64,000 nucleotides of DNA from an uncultured candidate division Zixibacteria bacterium. Lineage in GTDB: Bacteria > Zixibacteria > MSB-5A5 > GN15 > FEB-12. Positions 42,090 through 51,657 of the stretch are shown piece by piece. The notes beneath the pieces are model-generated. The model was not told the origin of the DNA. It worked only from the letters and a program-made list of their open reading frames with translations, and searched no databases. Made by a program: the position numbers and the translations under genes. The first letter of the stretch is position 1, and every line of letters begins with the position of its first letter. Location of the stretch: positions 3,616,001-3,680,000 of the forward strand of contig OY760907.1 in the NCBI GenBank assembly GCA_963664195.1. The letters are read 5' to 3'.

Positions 42090-44144
42090 ATGGCAACACA
42101 ACGAAATCGAAAGCGAGGCCGACGATCGGATGACTCCGGTGAATCGCGCCTCTTCAAGTACGGCACCAAGGTAATGCTCGGCGTGGTCGTAGCGCTGGTC
42201 TTCCTTACCCTGACCCAATGCACGGTGAAGAAACCGGAGTCTCCGACCTGGACGACCCAGTTTACCCTTCCGGTAGTAAATCGCACGTACACGATGCCGG
42301 AGATAGTCGACAAGCTAGATGCTGACGGTATCGAGTTTGATGCTGACAGTAATATTGTCTATACGCTCACGCGAGATATCGACACCATTTCGCTTGAGGC
42401 GGATGAGTTGACGACCTCCGATCTGTCCTATACCGTTTCAGAGGTACTGGGACCCGTCGTTATTGAGGCACCGCCTTCTCGCTCGGCCACAATTGACCTG
42501 GATGAGATACCGACGCTGTCAGCCTTCCTGCCCGGAACACTGCCGGCGGTCAGCTTCTCGCTCGACAACGCGATGGCCCCGATCAGCACCTTTTCGGCCG
42601 CCAGCCTTTCGAGCGGCCAGCTGCGCGCCGTCGCATCGAACAATCTCGGCTTCGATCTGAGTACCGTGACCGTCGAATTGTACGACGTCGTGATCGGCGC
42701 CACGGTCGGCACGCCGCAATCATTCTCCAGCGGCATAGCCGACGGTGAGACAGACACCACAGTCTTTAATCTGGCGGGCGCCACGATCTCCAATACTCTC
42801 GAGATTCGTGTGTCTGCCAGTACGCTCGGTGGCACGGTCCTCTCAGCATCGAACAAAAACATTGTAACGGTGATGGAGTTCGTCGGTGATCTGACGGTAG
42901 CATCGGCCACAGCCGAGATTCCGGCCCTGTCGCGCACCTTCTCGCAGCAGGTCGCGCTTGGCGAGAGCGACGCGCTTTACCACGCCACCATTTCCGGCGG
43001 TAACCTGAACCTCGTCGTCGGCAATGAGACCGGTCTCAGTGCCGATCTCAGCATCGAGTTCCCGGATATCCTCAACGACGGTTCACCGCTCCAGATACAG
43101 CGCACCATACCTGCGCACGGATCCGACGCGGTCGCGGTCGACATTTCAGGATACGAACTGCTTCCGACTGACTCCACCGTTCCGCAGAATATCAACGTAG
43201 ACGTAGTCGCCTCCGTGCCGGGCACCGCTCCGGGTGTGTACGCAGGTGTCGATCAGAATGATGAGTTCACGGTTACTGCTACTCTCACCGGTCTGGAGTT
43301 CGGCTCGGTTTCGGGTGTGTTCAGCTCGGTCTCCTCGAGTATTGAATCAACCCGAGAAGAAATCGACATTCCGGAAGGGTTTGACAGTATGGAGCTCTCT
43401 ACTGCAATCCTCACCCTGGAGATATCCAACGGCGTCGACATGTCTGGTACTCTGGACATTCTACTCGAAGGCAGCAACGGCAAGACTCTCAATATCACCG
43501 GCAATATAGACGCCGGTGGCGCGGCCAACCCGGTTGTCTCGTACATCATCGATACAACCGTGGCTGAGTTTCTTTCGCCGCTTCCGTCGTGGATAGATAT
43601 CGCCGGCAATGCCACTTTCGGCGATGGTGTCACGGAAGGTACGATCACCGCCAACGACTTCGTTTATGCTCAGGTGAACATACTCGCTCCGATGGAAATG
43701 ATCGTGCACGAATCCACCATCGAGAGTGACATCGAAAGCGAAGACATCGACCAGGAAGATATCGACATCGTCACCGATCACGTGGAGGAAGCCCGGTTCG
43801 TCTACAACGTGATCAGCCACCTTCCGCTCGGCGCGCGGTTTGAGATATATCTCGGCAGTGACTCGACCACCCTGTACACAGCACCCGGACTGTTAATCGA
43901 TGAGGTCTCTACGGTTGCGGCTCCGCTGACCGCGGGTATCGTCAACGACACAGCCTCAACCGGCTACCAGACCATCACATTGAGCAACGATGACATCCAG
44001 GTTCTGAACACCGACACGCTGTTTATAGGCAGCCTTCTGGTGCTCGAGGACTCCAACGGCCAGCCGGTCCGGCTGACAGTCGATGACTACGTCACGATTA
44101 TCGGCAGGATCGAAGTTGACTACCTCTTTGACGGTGATTTCTAA
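42090..44144 (+). CDS. large acidic beta-rich exported protein or lipoprotein
   Basis: Basic N-terminus, hydrophobic stretch ending LTQC, then PTWTTQFTLP; coupled to the downstream barrel gene. Confidence 0.7.
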   Translation: MATQRNRKRGRRSDDSGESRLFKYGTKVMLGVVVALVFLTLTQCTVKKPESPTWTTQFTLPVVNRTYTMPEIVDKLDADGIEFDADSNIVYTLTRDIDTISLEADELTTSDLSYTVSEVLGPVVIEAPPSRSATIDLDEIPTLSAFLPGTLPAVSFSLDNAMAPISTFSAASLSSGQLRAVASNNLGFDLSTVTVELYDVVIGATVGTPQSFSSGIADGETDTTVFNLAGATISNTLEIRVSASTLGGTVLSASNKNIVTVMEFVGDLTVASATAEIPALSRTFSQQVALGESDALYHATISGGNLNLVVGNETGLSADLSIEFPDILNDGSPLQIQRTIPAHGSDAVAVDISGYELLPTDSTVPQNINVDVVASVPGTAPGVYAGVDQNDEFTVTATLTGLEFGSVSGVFSSVSSSIESTREEIDIPEGFDSMELSTAILTLEISNGVDMSGTLDILLEGSNGKTLNITGNIDAGGAANPVVSYIIDTTVAEFLSPLPSWIDIAGNATFGDGVTEGTITANDFVYAQVNILAPMEMIVHESTIESDIESEDIDQEDIDIVTDHVEEARFVYNVISHLPLGARFEIYLGSDSTTLYTAPGLLIDEVSTVAAPLTAGIVNDTASTGYQTITLSNDDIQVLNTDTLFIGSLLVLEDSNGQPVRLTVDDYVTIIGRIEVDYLFDGDF

Positions 44145-44155
44145 GGGAGGCCGCC

Positions 44156-45460
44156 ATGAAAACGAATATTATGACCTTATCGAAAGATAGCAGCCCCGGG
44201 CTGAGCACACTGGCCTGGCTTCTCCTGACAGCCGCCTTCATAACACTGCTGGTGCCGACCACAAGCGCGGGAGCTTCCGCAGTCCACTCCTCCGCAAGAG
44301 CGGCAGGTATGGGCGGTGCATACACAGGTCTGGCCAGGGGCGTCGACGCGCCAAAGTACAATCCGGCGAACCTCGGTATCAGCGACTATCGCCAGTACGG
44401 CATTGAGTTCGTCTCCATCGGTGTGAACGTCGCTAACAACGCGTTTACCCTTGACGACTACAACACCTACACAGGTGCCCACCTTTCCACCTCGGACAAG
44501 GAAGACATCCTCAACAAGATTCCGGGCGAGGGCTGGAGCGTTGACGCCGATGTGAATGCCACCGCATTGACGCTGTCGCTTGGAAGTCTCGTGATATCCA
44601 CAAACGGCATCGGTGCCGCGGATGTGAACGTGAACAAGGATGTTGTCGATCTCGTCCTCAACGGCAACGCTATTAACGACACCATCACGGTAACCGGTTC
44701 CTATTCCGACGCTCTCTCCTACGCCAGCCTTGGCGTGTCGTACGGCGTCCCGATCTACTCAAACGGCACTCGCCAGCTTGCAATCGGTGCCACTGCGAGA
44801 TACATCAAAGGTATCGCCGCTGAGCAACTGGTTGAAATGAACGGCAACTCAGTCACGCACGCGTCGGGCATCGATGGAGCCGGTCGGGTCATCGTCCAGA
44901 CTGCCGAGGGTGGTTCCGGATACAGCGTTGATCTTGGCGCCACGCTCAAACTCGGCAACAGCTACGCCGCAGGCGTGCGTGTTCAGAACGTACTCGGAAG
45001 CATCACCTGGAGCGACAACCCGGAAGAGCACGGCTACATATTCGACTTCGCGGCATCCACTTACGATGACTTTGAAGACGATGACTTCAGCGGCTCCGAT
45101 GACTATACCAAATCCATAGACGAATTCACGACCTCTCTCCCAACCGTTATGAACGCCGGTTTCGCAAAAACTTCCGGCAAGATGGTCTTCGCGGTTGACT
45201 GGATACAGGGCCTGAAAAAGGGCACCGGCATCTCTACCAAACCGCGAGTAGCTCTCGGCGCAGAGTGGTCGTTGCTCAAACAACTACCGCTTCGCGCAGG
45301 TTTCTCCACAGGCGGAGACCGCAACACCGCCTTTTCCTTCGGCTCCGGGATCAACTTCTTCGGTTTCTACTTCGACGGTGCCGTGTTCACAGGCACCTCC
45401 GGGACGCTATACTCGTCCAAGGGGGCCAATTTCGCTCTGTCAACAGGGTTAAGATTCTAA
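44156..45460 (+). CDS. outer-membrane beta-barrel (PorV/DUF5723/FadL-like)
   Basis: SARAAGMGGAY...YNPANLG, PLRAGF and C-terminal aromatic GLRF. Confidence 0.8.
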   Translation: MKTNIMTLSKDSSPGLSTLAWLLLTAAFITLLVPTTSAGASAVHSSARAAGMGGAYTGLARGVDAPKYNPANLGISDYRQYGIEFVSIGVNVANNAFTLDDYNTYTGAHLSTSDKEDILNKIPGEGWSVDADVNATALTLSLGSLVISTNGIGAADVNVNKDVVDLVLNGNAINDTITVTGSYSDALSYASLGVSYGVPIYSNGTRQLAIGATARYIKGIAAEQLVEMNGNSVTHASGIDGAGRVIVQTAEGGSGYSVDLGATLKLGNSYAAGVRVQNVLGSITWSDNPEEHGYIFDFAASTYDDFEDDDFSGSDDYTKSIDEFTTSLPTVMNAGFAKTSGKMVFAVDWIQGLKKGTGISTKPRVALGAEWSLLKQLPLRAGFSTGGDRNTAFSFGSGINFFGFYFDGAVFTGTSGTLYSSKGANFALSTGLRF

Positions 45461-45471
45461 ATGGGGATTGA

Positions 45472-47229
45472 ATGATGAGAACTGCTATCAGTACAAAACG
45501 AACCCGGAGCTTCTGGTTCTGCCTGGCAATTGTCGCCGTCATGTCCGTATGCGTGACGTCGGTCCTTTCGGCACCGCCGCACCCATCGCTGCTGGAGAAA
45601 AAGGCCGCCGGGCTGACCGACGGTGCCTGCGAAGCTATCACCTTCCCGGATATGGACGAACTGCATGCACGCGGCATAGGCGCCCCGGATGACTTCTTCG
45701 TCGACTTCCTCAGCTCACCCCGACGCACCGATACCGAAGGAGCTTCCGCCGGATTCAATGTTCTGGCTCTCCTGGTCGACTTCTCCGACCATCCGGCCCA
45801 GGTCCCCGCGTCGTTCTACGACTCCCTGATCTTTGATTCGGGACCGGGGTCGATCCGCGATTACATCAGCGAGATTTCCTACGGCCAGGTTGAGCTACAG
45901 ACGGCAAACATGCCGTCGACCATAGGTTGGACTCGCGCCCCTCAGCCGTATTCCTACTATGTCAATGCCAACTACGGTATGGGGAGTTTTCCCAATAACT
46001 CCCAGGGCCTCGTCTCTGATCTCGTGGCCGCAGTAGACGGTACGGTCGATTTCACGCCGTACGACAACGACGGCGATACCTATGTCGACGTACTCATTGT
46101 AGTGCACACCGGCACCGGTGCCGAAGTGTCTGCCAGTATCAACGATATGTGGTCGCACAAATGGGGCGTCGTGCCCCTCAGTGTCGACGGCGGCGTCAAG
46201 GTATCAAGTTTCACCGTGCAGCCGGAGTTCTGGCATACCGCCGGCGACATGACGATCGGCGTATATTCGCACGAACTCTGTCACGGATTCGGCCTCCCCG
46301 ATCTGTACGATATCGACAACAGCTCGAACGGTATCGGCAAATGGGGACTGATGTCCTTTGGCTCCTGGAACGGTCCGACCGGCTATGGTGAGTCTCCCTC
46401 TCACCCCAGTGCCTGGTGTCGTATCCAAATGGGCATGGCAACTCCTGTCGACGTAACAGGCACCCTCACTGATCAGGCTATCGGCGCCGTTGAAACAGTC
46501 GGTTCGATCTACAAGCTGCCGATGGCCGTCGGCAGTGCCAGTGAGTATTTCCTTGTGGAGAATCGCCAGCGCATCGGGTATGACACATACCTACCGGGCG
46601 ACGGCCTCTTAATCTGGCACATAGACGAAGCCAAATCCACCAACGAACAGGAATGGTGGCCGGGGCAAACAAACTCGGCGCATTATCTCGCCGCGCTTGA
46701 ACAGGCCGATGCCAGCTACCACCTGGAGCATGCAGACAATGCAGGGACTGCTGCCGACCCATTCCCGGGAACGACAAACAACACGTCGTTTGTCTCTTCC
46801 TCCGCCCCAAGCTCCGACTCATACGTCAACGGCAATTCGTCGGTCGAGGTCACAAGTATCTCGGCCTCCGCATCCACGATGTACGCTACGCTCCAGTCCG
46901 GCGTGCCCGCAGATGTCAGACTGGGGGAAACGGACCAGTCAACGCTACCGTCGGGGTTCGCGCTCTCCCAGAACTATCCCAATCCGTTCAATCCGGTCAC
47001 CAATATCGAGTTGACCGTACCGACCACTGCCCACGTGACAGTAGTCGTCTACAACCTGCTCGGCCAGGAAGTGGAAACGCTTCTTGACGGTGAGGTTACC
47101 ACGGGCAAGATCACTCTGACCTGGGATTCCTCGACTCCGGACAACCACGAACTGGCGAGCGGCGTCTATTTCTATACGCTGAGTGTTGACGGCTGTGAGG
47201 AAAGCCACAAGATGCTCCTGCTCAAGTAG
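45472..47229 (+). CDS. M6 (immune inhibitor A) metallopeptidase with C-terminal PNPFN sorting domain
   Basis: LVDFSD, HELCHGFGLPDLYD, LMSFGSWNG, EYFLVENR and QNYPNPFNP...SGVYFY. Confidence 0.93.
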   Translation: MMRTAISTKRTRSFWFCLAIVAVMSVCVTSVLSAPPHPSLLEKKAAGLTDGACEAITFPDMDELHARGIGAPDDFFVDFLSSPRRTDTEGASAGFNVLALLVDFSDHPAQVPASFYDSLIFDSGPGSIRDYISEISYGQVELQTANMPSTIGWTRAPQPYSYYVNANYGMGSFPNNSQGLVSDLVAAVDGTVDFTPYDNDGDTYVDVLIVVHTGTGAEVSASINDMWSHKWGVVPLSVDGGVKVSSFTVQPEFWHTAGDMTIGVYSHELCHGFGLPDLYDIDNSSNGIGKWGLMSFGSWNGPTGYGESPSHPSAWCRIQMGMATPVDVTGTLTDQAIGAVETVGSIYKLPMAVGSASEYFLVENRQRIGYDTYLPGDGLLIWHIDEAKSTNEQEWWPGQTNSAHYLAALEQADASYHLEHADNAGTAADPFPGTTNNTSFVSSSAPSSDSYVNGNSSVEVTSISASASTMYATLQSGVPADVRLGETDQSTLPSGFALSQNYPNPFNPVTNIELTVPTTAHVTVVVYNLLGQEVETLLDGEVTTGKITLTWDSSTPDNHELASGVYFYTLSVDGCEESHKMLLLK

Positions 47230-47280
47230 TCGCGTTTCGCGTCATTTCCCCTCGTGCCCTTGAGCAGAAGGCAATACAAG

Positions 47281-47308
47281 AAAACCCCGGCCAACCGACC
47301 GGGGTTTT
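47281..47308. terminator. bidirectional terminator
   Basis: AAAACCCCGGCC-AACC-GACCGGGGTTTT. Confidence 0.75.
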
Positions 47309-47330
47309 CACATGCGTTGAATCATAGAAA

Positions 47331-47537
47331 TCATTTGAAATCGTCACGAGGTGTAACAGCTTCCCTGTTGCTACGATCCCTTTGCGTTTTCTTGAACTGA
47401 GTGTAGCAGGATTTGCACCGTTTCGGATCTTCAGTGTAGCCGCGTTCGGCAAAATACTGTTGAGCCGCTACAGTGAATGCAAATTCCTCCCCACACTCGT
47501 CGCAAATCAGAACACGTGGTTTGAACCCGTCAACCAT
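47331..47537 (-). CDS. zinc-ribbon (zf-trcl-like) protein
   Basis: CDECGEEFAFT..QQYFAERG...PKRCKSC; strong RBS. Confidence 0.88.
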   Translation of the reverse strand: MVDGFKPRVLICDECGEEFAFTVAAQQYFAERGYTEDPKRCKSCYTQFKKTQRDRSNREAVTPRDDFK

Positions 47538-47654
47538 ATGTGTTCCCCCTCATCCATTGAGACAGGTCATCTTTCCGTGACGACCGCTGCGGCTTCTATA
47601 GCAAAAGCAATAAACCCGCCCACAAAGTCCATGTCAATATAAAAGCAGGAATTA

Positions 47655-49715
47655 TTAGTATGGATTACAGGGAGAATTTTGATCGAGGTTGATAAAGAGG
47701 AAATTGATCAGGGCTGTCAGGTCAGACATCGTGGCAAGGCCGTCGAGACAATCAAAGTCACCGGCCTCAGCAATTGGTTCCAACGGAGCAAGGCTGATGA
47801 AGAGGTGATCTATCAATAGAGTCAAGTCACCCATCGTGATCTTGCCGGTGTAGTCAAGATCACCGTATTGGAGGACGGAGACAATCGGTACCTCAACCTC
47901 GGTAAACGTCCACGGATCAATCGAGGATACGGCACGGACTGACAATTGCGAGCTATGACCGAGTGGCATGCCAATAGGGGTAAGATGAGGCGGCGCTATC
48001 GTTATGCTGACCGGCGTCTGGCCGCCCGGCGGTACATCGACCTGGAGAGTGTCGCTCTGTACCCAGCCTGAGTCATCGCTGAGAACGACATCATATGAAT
48101 CGAATAGAATCGAAGGATTCTCCATGTTGAACTCGTACTGCCTGTTCACAGTCGAGTACACGGCTACCTCCGTTGCACCCACTTCTATTGAAACCGCCCT
48201 GTCCGTGGACATATGTGCGCAATAAGTAAACTCCGACGAGGTAGTATCGAATTCGCTCAGATTCACCGCCACAAGGACTATGCGTTGATAATCCTCGTAG
48301 TCTTCTACATCAAGATATCCCGTCCAGTCAGTGCTGTTCAGACTGTATTTCTCTATCTCGTGAGAGTCATCCCCAACGGACTTGATGATGAACGCTGCCC
48401 ATTCCTGCGTGTCGGCACCATTGAACTCGATACGAAGTCTTCCCGTTTTAGACCAATCACGCGTGAACTCCACATAGCATGCACTATACGCCTGGGGCTT
48501 ACCGACAGCCACGGTCGTGTCAACCGGATACAGGTGATGATTGATCGACGGGCTGATCTGCGGATACTCCGCCGCCTCAGCGAAATGCAAACCGTCGTCC
48601 CGCAATCCGGTGATAAAAGTCCACGTACAGAAATCGGCAAAGGCCGAGTCCTGGGTCCATCCATAGGTCGACTGCAAACTGTCAGAAAGTGCATCGTAAA
48701 TGTCGTCTCCCGTGCGAACACCCTCCCATGTCCTACGAATCACGGTGGGGTCGAATTTCTCCGCCAGGTATAGTCCCCAGACAAAAGACGCATAAGCGTG
48801 AATTCCATCGGTCATGAGCGATTTTGACGGCGCCCCGAAGAACTCCGGCAGATAGTTGTAGTTGTCATCGACTTGATCAAAAACGAGGTCCTCGACATGC
48901 GTGGCGTCAAGTTCCATGAACCAGGTATCCTGATCGATGTCATAGGCATACTGGATCGCGTGATGAAACTCGTGCGCACAGGTGGCCCGGGCGGCACCCA
49001 GAACATCCCCCTCAGGATCGCTGTTCGGAGGGAATCCCTCAAAATCCCGATTCAAAACCAGGTAGCCGAAAGAGTCATCCCACAGTTCGGGACCGTCACC
49101 CTCGGGTACGCAATAACCGTAGTAAGGCGTCTCCCGGAAATAAACGTCGTACAGCGTGTCGCCGCCAAGGCCCGTGTCGGATGGAGGCGGCACATACCCC
49201 AGCGCCAGCTGCACAGCAAGCGAGGTATCACAGAAGGATGCGCACTTGTCAACCATATCCGGGATACCGTTTTCATCTATATCCACAAGCGGCACAAAGT
49301 GCCCTCCGACAGTATCATAATGAAGCCGGAAGAAACCGTCCGGTGAAACAACCGACTTCTGACATGTCGGGCGCTGCAGCAGTTTGAATATCACGGCTTT
49401 CGTTTCAGGCGAGAAAGAGTCCATCCGTTTGTAGATATCGAGGATCGTCATTGACGCACATCGGGAGGGCACTCGCGCTTCAGCCCGATATACGGTCGGA
49501 AGATCAGCGGGTGAGACGATCGCAGTGAGTTGCAGCACTGCCTTCTGTTCAACGGTCATCACTCTGGCGTCATAGGCTCGTTCTATTGCTGCCAGCGGGT
49601 CGTGAGCGACTTCGGCGCAACACGGCATCCCCACGAGAATAATCACCAATGCGGCAAGCAACCCAAAAAGATGTCGAGCCGTTGATTGGAAGTATCTTGT
49701 TGCAACTTTGCTCAT
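47655..49715 (-). CDS. MXAN_6640-like zinc metalloprotease with C-terminal dockerin
   Basis: Signal peptide, FRLHY, AHEFHHAIQYAY, WFME and GDLD..G.ITMGDLT.LIDHLF. Confidence 0.85.
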   Translation of the reverse strand: MSKVATRYFQSTARHLFGLLAALVIILVGMPCCAEVAHDPLAAIERAYDARVMTVEQKAVLQLTAIVSPADLPTVYRAEARVPSRCASMTILDIYKRMDSFSPETKAVIFKLLQRPTCQKSVVSPDGFFRLHYDTVGGHFVPLVDIDENGIPDMVDKCASFCDTSLAVQLALGYVPPPSDTGLGGDTLYDVYFRETPYYGYCVPEGDGPELWDDSFGYLVLNRDFEGFPPNSDPEGDVLGAARATCAHEFHHAIQYAYDIDQDTWFMELDATHVEDLVFDQVDDNYNYLPEFFGAPSKSLMTDGIHAYASFVWGLYLAEKFDPTVIRRTWEGVRTGDDIYDALSDSLQSTYGWTQDSAFADFCTWTFITGLRDDGLHFAEAAEYPQISPSINHHLYPVDTTVAVGKPQAYSACYVEFTRDWSKTGRLRIEFNGADTQEWAAFIIKSVGDDSHEIEKYSLNSTDWTGYLDVEDYEDYQRIVLVAVNLSEFDTTSSEFTYCAHMSTDRAVSIEVGATEVAVYSTVNRQYEFNMENPSILFDSYDVVLSDDSGWVQSDTLQVDVPPGGQTPVSITIAPPHLTPIGMPLGHSSQLSVRAVSSIDPWTFTEVEVPIVSVLQYGDLDYTGKITMGDLTLLIDHLFISLAPLEPIAEAGDFDCLDGLATMSDLTALINFLFINLDQNSPCNPY

Positions 49716-49861
49716 GTATCCTTCATCGACAGTAGTCAAGATTCCTACAGAAGTAACACGGTCTTTGTGAGGAACCAGCCACCGATACGACGCGGAGGCT
49801 AGCCACCCTTAATATACTGGATACCAACAACTTGTCAATGAATAAGACAACCGCCACCAGA

Positions 49862-51508
49862 TCAAAAATACTGGCCGGAGCCAATGGAAAGCTCCCAGTC
49901 ACCGTGGTCGGTACGGGCGACATCAATCCGGATCAGCTCGCCCCGGGAAAGCCTCTCAAGCGACAGGCGAAGACCGACCCCCAGATTGGAGTAGTAATTG
50001 CTGAATGCAACCGGCTCGCCACGTTTCCATGACCGCCCTATATCTGTGAACACTACACCGCCGAGTTTCACCGAAAGAATCTCTATATCCGGATAGAACC
50101 GCCCCTCGATGTTCACCACATGGACCCTGTCACCCGATGTGTGTTCCGTGCCAAAACCGCGAAGCCCGTTTTTTCCGCCGAGATTGAGAGTCAACGAGTC
50201 GTCACTCTTGTCAGAAATGTAGACACTGCGAAGCGCCACGGTGAGATACCTGCACCGGTTGTTGTACAGTTTCACTCCCATCGCCGATCGCCTGCGGATA
50301 TCTGCCGATCCTCTGTACCAGAAAGATCTATCGTACTGCGCCGATATGATGTTGCCGAGGATTAGCTCGGTAAGGCTGATTCCGCCCGATAGCATGTCGT
50401 AGTGATGACCGTCGAAACCCGCTTTGAACGCCCGGCCGTATTCGACATGGGTTTCCAAGCCGAGTTGCACGTCTTCGTTATAGTCAAACCCGTTGATCCG
50501 TCTGACAACAATGAAATCCTGCAAGGCATAGTCAACGGAGACGCCAAACCGATGCAGTACGGAGTCTTTCGGAAAACCGCTCCAGAGAGAGTCCTGCGGT
50601 CTGAAGAGCTTCCTATCTCGTGCAATCTTGTGCAGATATCGGTAGCTGCCACCGGCTGCAAGCTTGGAATTCGACGGTCCAAACCGGTAGCCCAGAGACA
50701 AACTTGCCCGATCAGCTTCCTCCCGCCACTCGGCTATCTGGTCCTCATCTTCGTAGCGTTCCCGACGTGCACCTGCATCAGCTACGGAGAAGCTGAACGA
50801 GAACCGCTCACTCAAATTGTATAAAGGTCGACTGACGGTCAGACGTTTCAAACGCCCCTTCGGATTGGAACTGTAGTCCACACGGAGGCTGAGAGGTCTC
50901 CCCCACAGCCGCGGTTCGCGGAAGGAAGAGGAAACGAAGTTGTCGTCACCTCCCCGGATATAGTAATCAAACGAAAGGAACTGCGCCCGCCCCAGCAGGT
51001 TGCGTTCCTCGAATCCGAACTGCAAGTCGAAGTAGCGCCCCACTTTCTCAAGCTTCTTGACCCCGCCGATCAGGCTCCATTGGTCAATGGTGACAATCCT
51101 GACCAGCAGCCGATTGTCCGGCAAAATTTCCGTTTCGATCCAGGCGTCGTTGAAGGGAAAGCGAGTCCGGAGATTACGCGCTGTCTCACGGACGGTCTCC
51201 AGCGAAAACAATTCTCCCACCGCAAACAGAAGCTCCCGCTGGACGATATTGTTGCGTGTTACCATATGCAGCCGATTCGCCGTTCTGAACAGCAACCCGG
51301 AATATCGGTTATCATCCGTGTCGTACACATTTCGGTTCTCGATCACGATGCTATCTATCACTTGTCCCTCGCACTCGGAGGAGATTGTATCTGAGACGAT
51401 GGCGATCATTCCGTGGGCAGGATCAGCAGTGACCGACTGCGAGTCAGCCCAAAAAAAACAGCACGCCAGCAGGGTCACACGAAGGATTATGTGCACGTGA
51501 CGATTCAT
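49862..51508 (-). CDS. Omp85/BamA-TamA family outer-membrane protein with POTRA domain
   Basis: RELLF, ETARNLR, ERNLLGR, LGG.NGLRGF and C-terminal GQYF. Confidence 0.85.
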   Translation of the reverse strand: MNRHVHIILRVTLLACCFFWADSQSVTADPAHGMIAIVSDTISSECEGQVIDSIVIENRNVYDTDDNRYSGLLFRTANRLHMVTRNNIVQRELLFAVGELFSLETVRETARNLRTRFPFNDAWIETEILPDNRLLVRIVTIDQWSLIGGVKKLEKVGRYFDLQFGFEERNLLGRAQFLSFDYYIRGGDDNFVSSSFREPRLWGRPLSLRVDYSSNPKGRLKRLTVSRPLYNLSERFSFSFSVADAGARRERYEDEDQIAEWREEADRASLSLGYRFGPSNSKLAAGGSYRYLHKIARDRKLFRPQDSLWSGFPKDSVLHRFGVSVDYALQDFIVVRRINGFDYNEDVQLGLETHVEYGRAFKAGFDGHHYDMLSGGISLTELILGNIISAQYDRSFWYRGSADIRRRSAMGVKLYNNRCRYLTVALRSVYISDKSDDSLTLNLGGKNGLRGFGTEHTSGDRVHVVNIEGRFYPDIEILSVKLGGVVFTDIGRSWKRGEPVAFSNYYSNLGVGLRLSLERLSRGELIRIDVARTDHGDWELSIGSGQYF

Positions 51509-51587
51509 AAACTTAAACAGCCAGGTTTTCCTTTGTCCTCAGGGGGTTACAGCTTCCCGACGGCAGCGACAATTCAACTTATCGGCC

Positions 51588-51615
51588 TCAAGGGTTCTCG
51601 TCACCTGACCGATAT
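51588..51615 (+). promoter_or_regulatory. sigma28-like promoter of the pilus operon
   Basis: TCAAG-N15-ACCGATAT. Confidence 0.5.
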
Positions 51616-51657
51616 TATAAGGACGAAGGTAACTGTAAACCAGATTGAACTCTAGGT

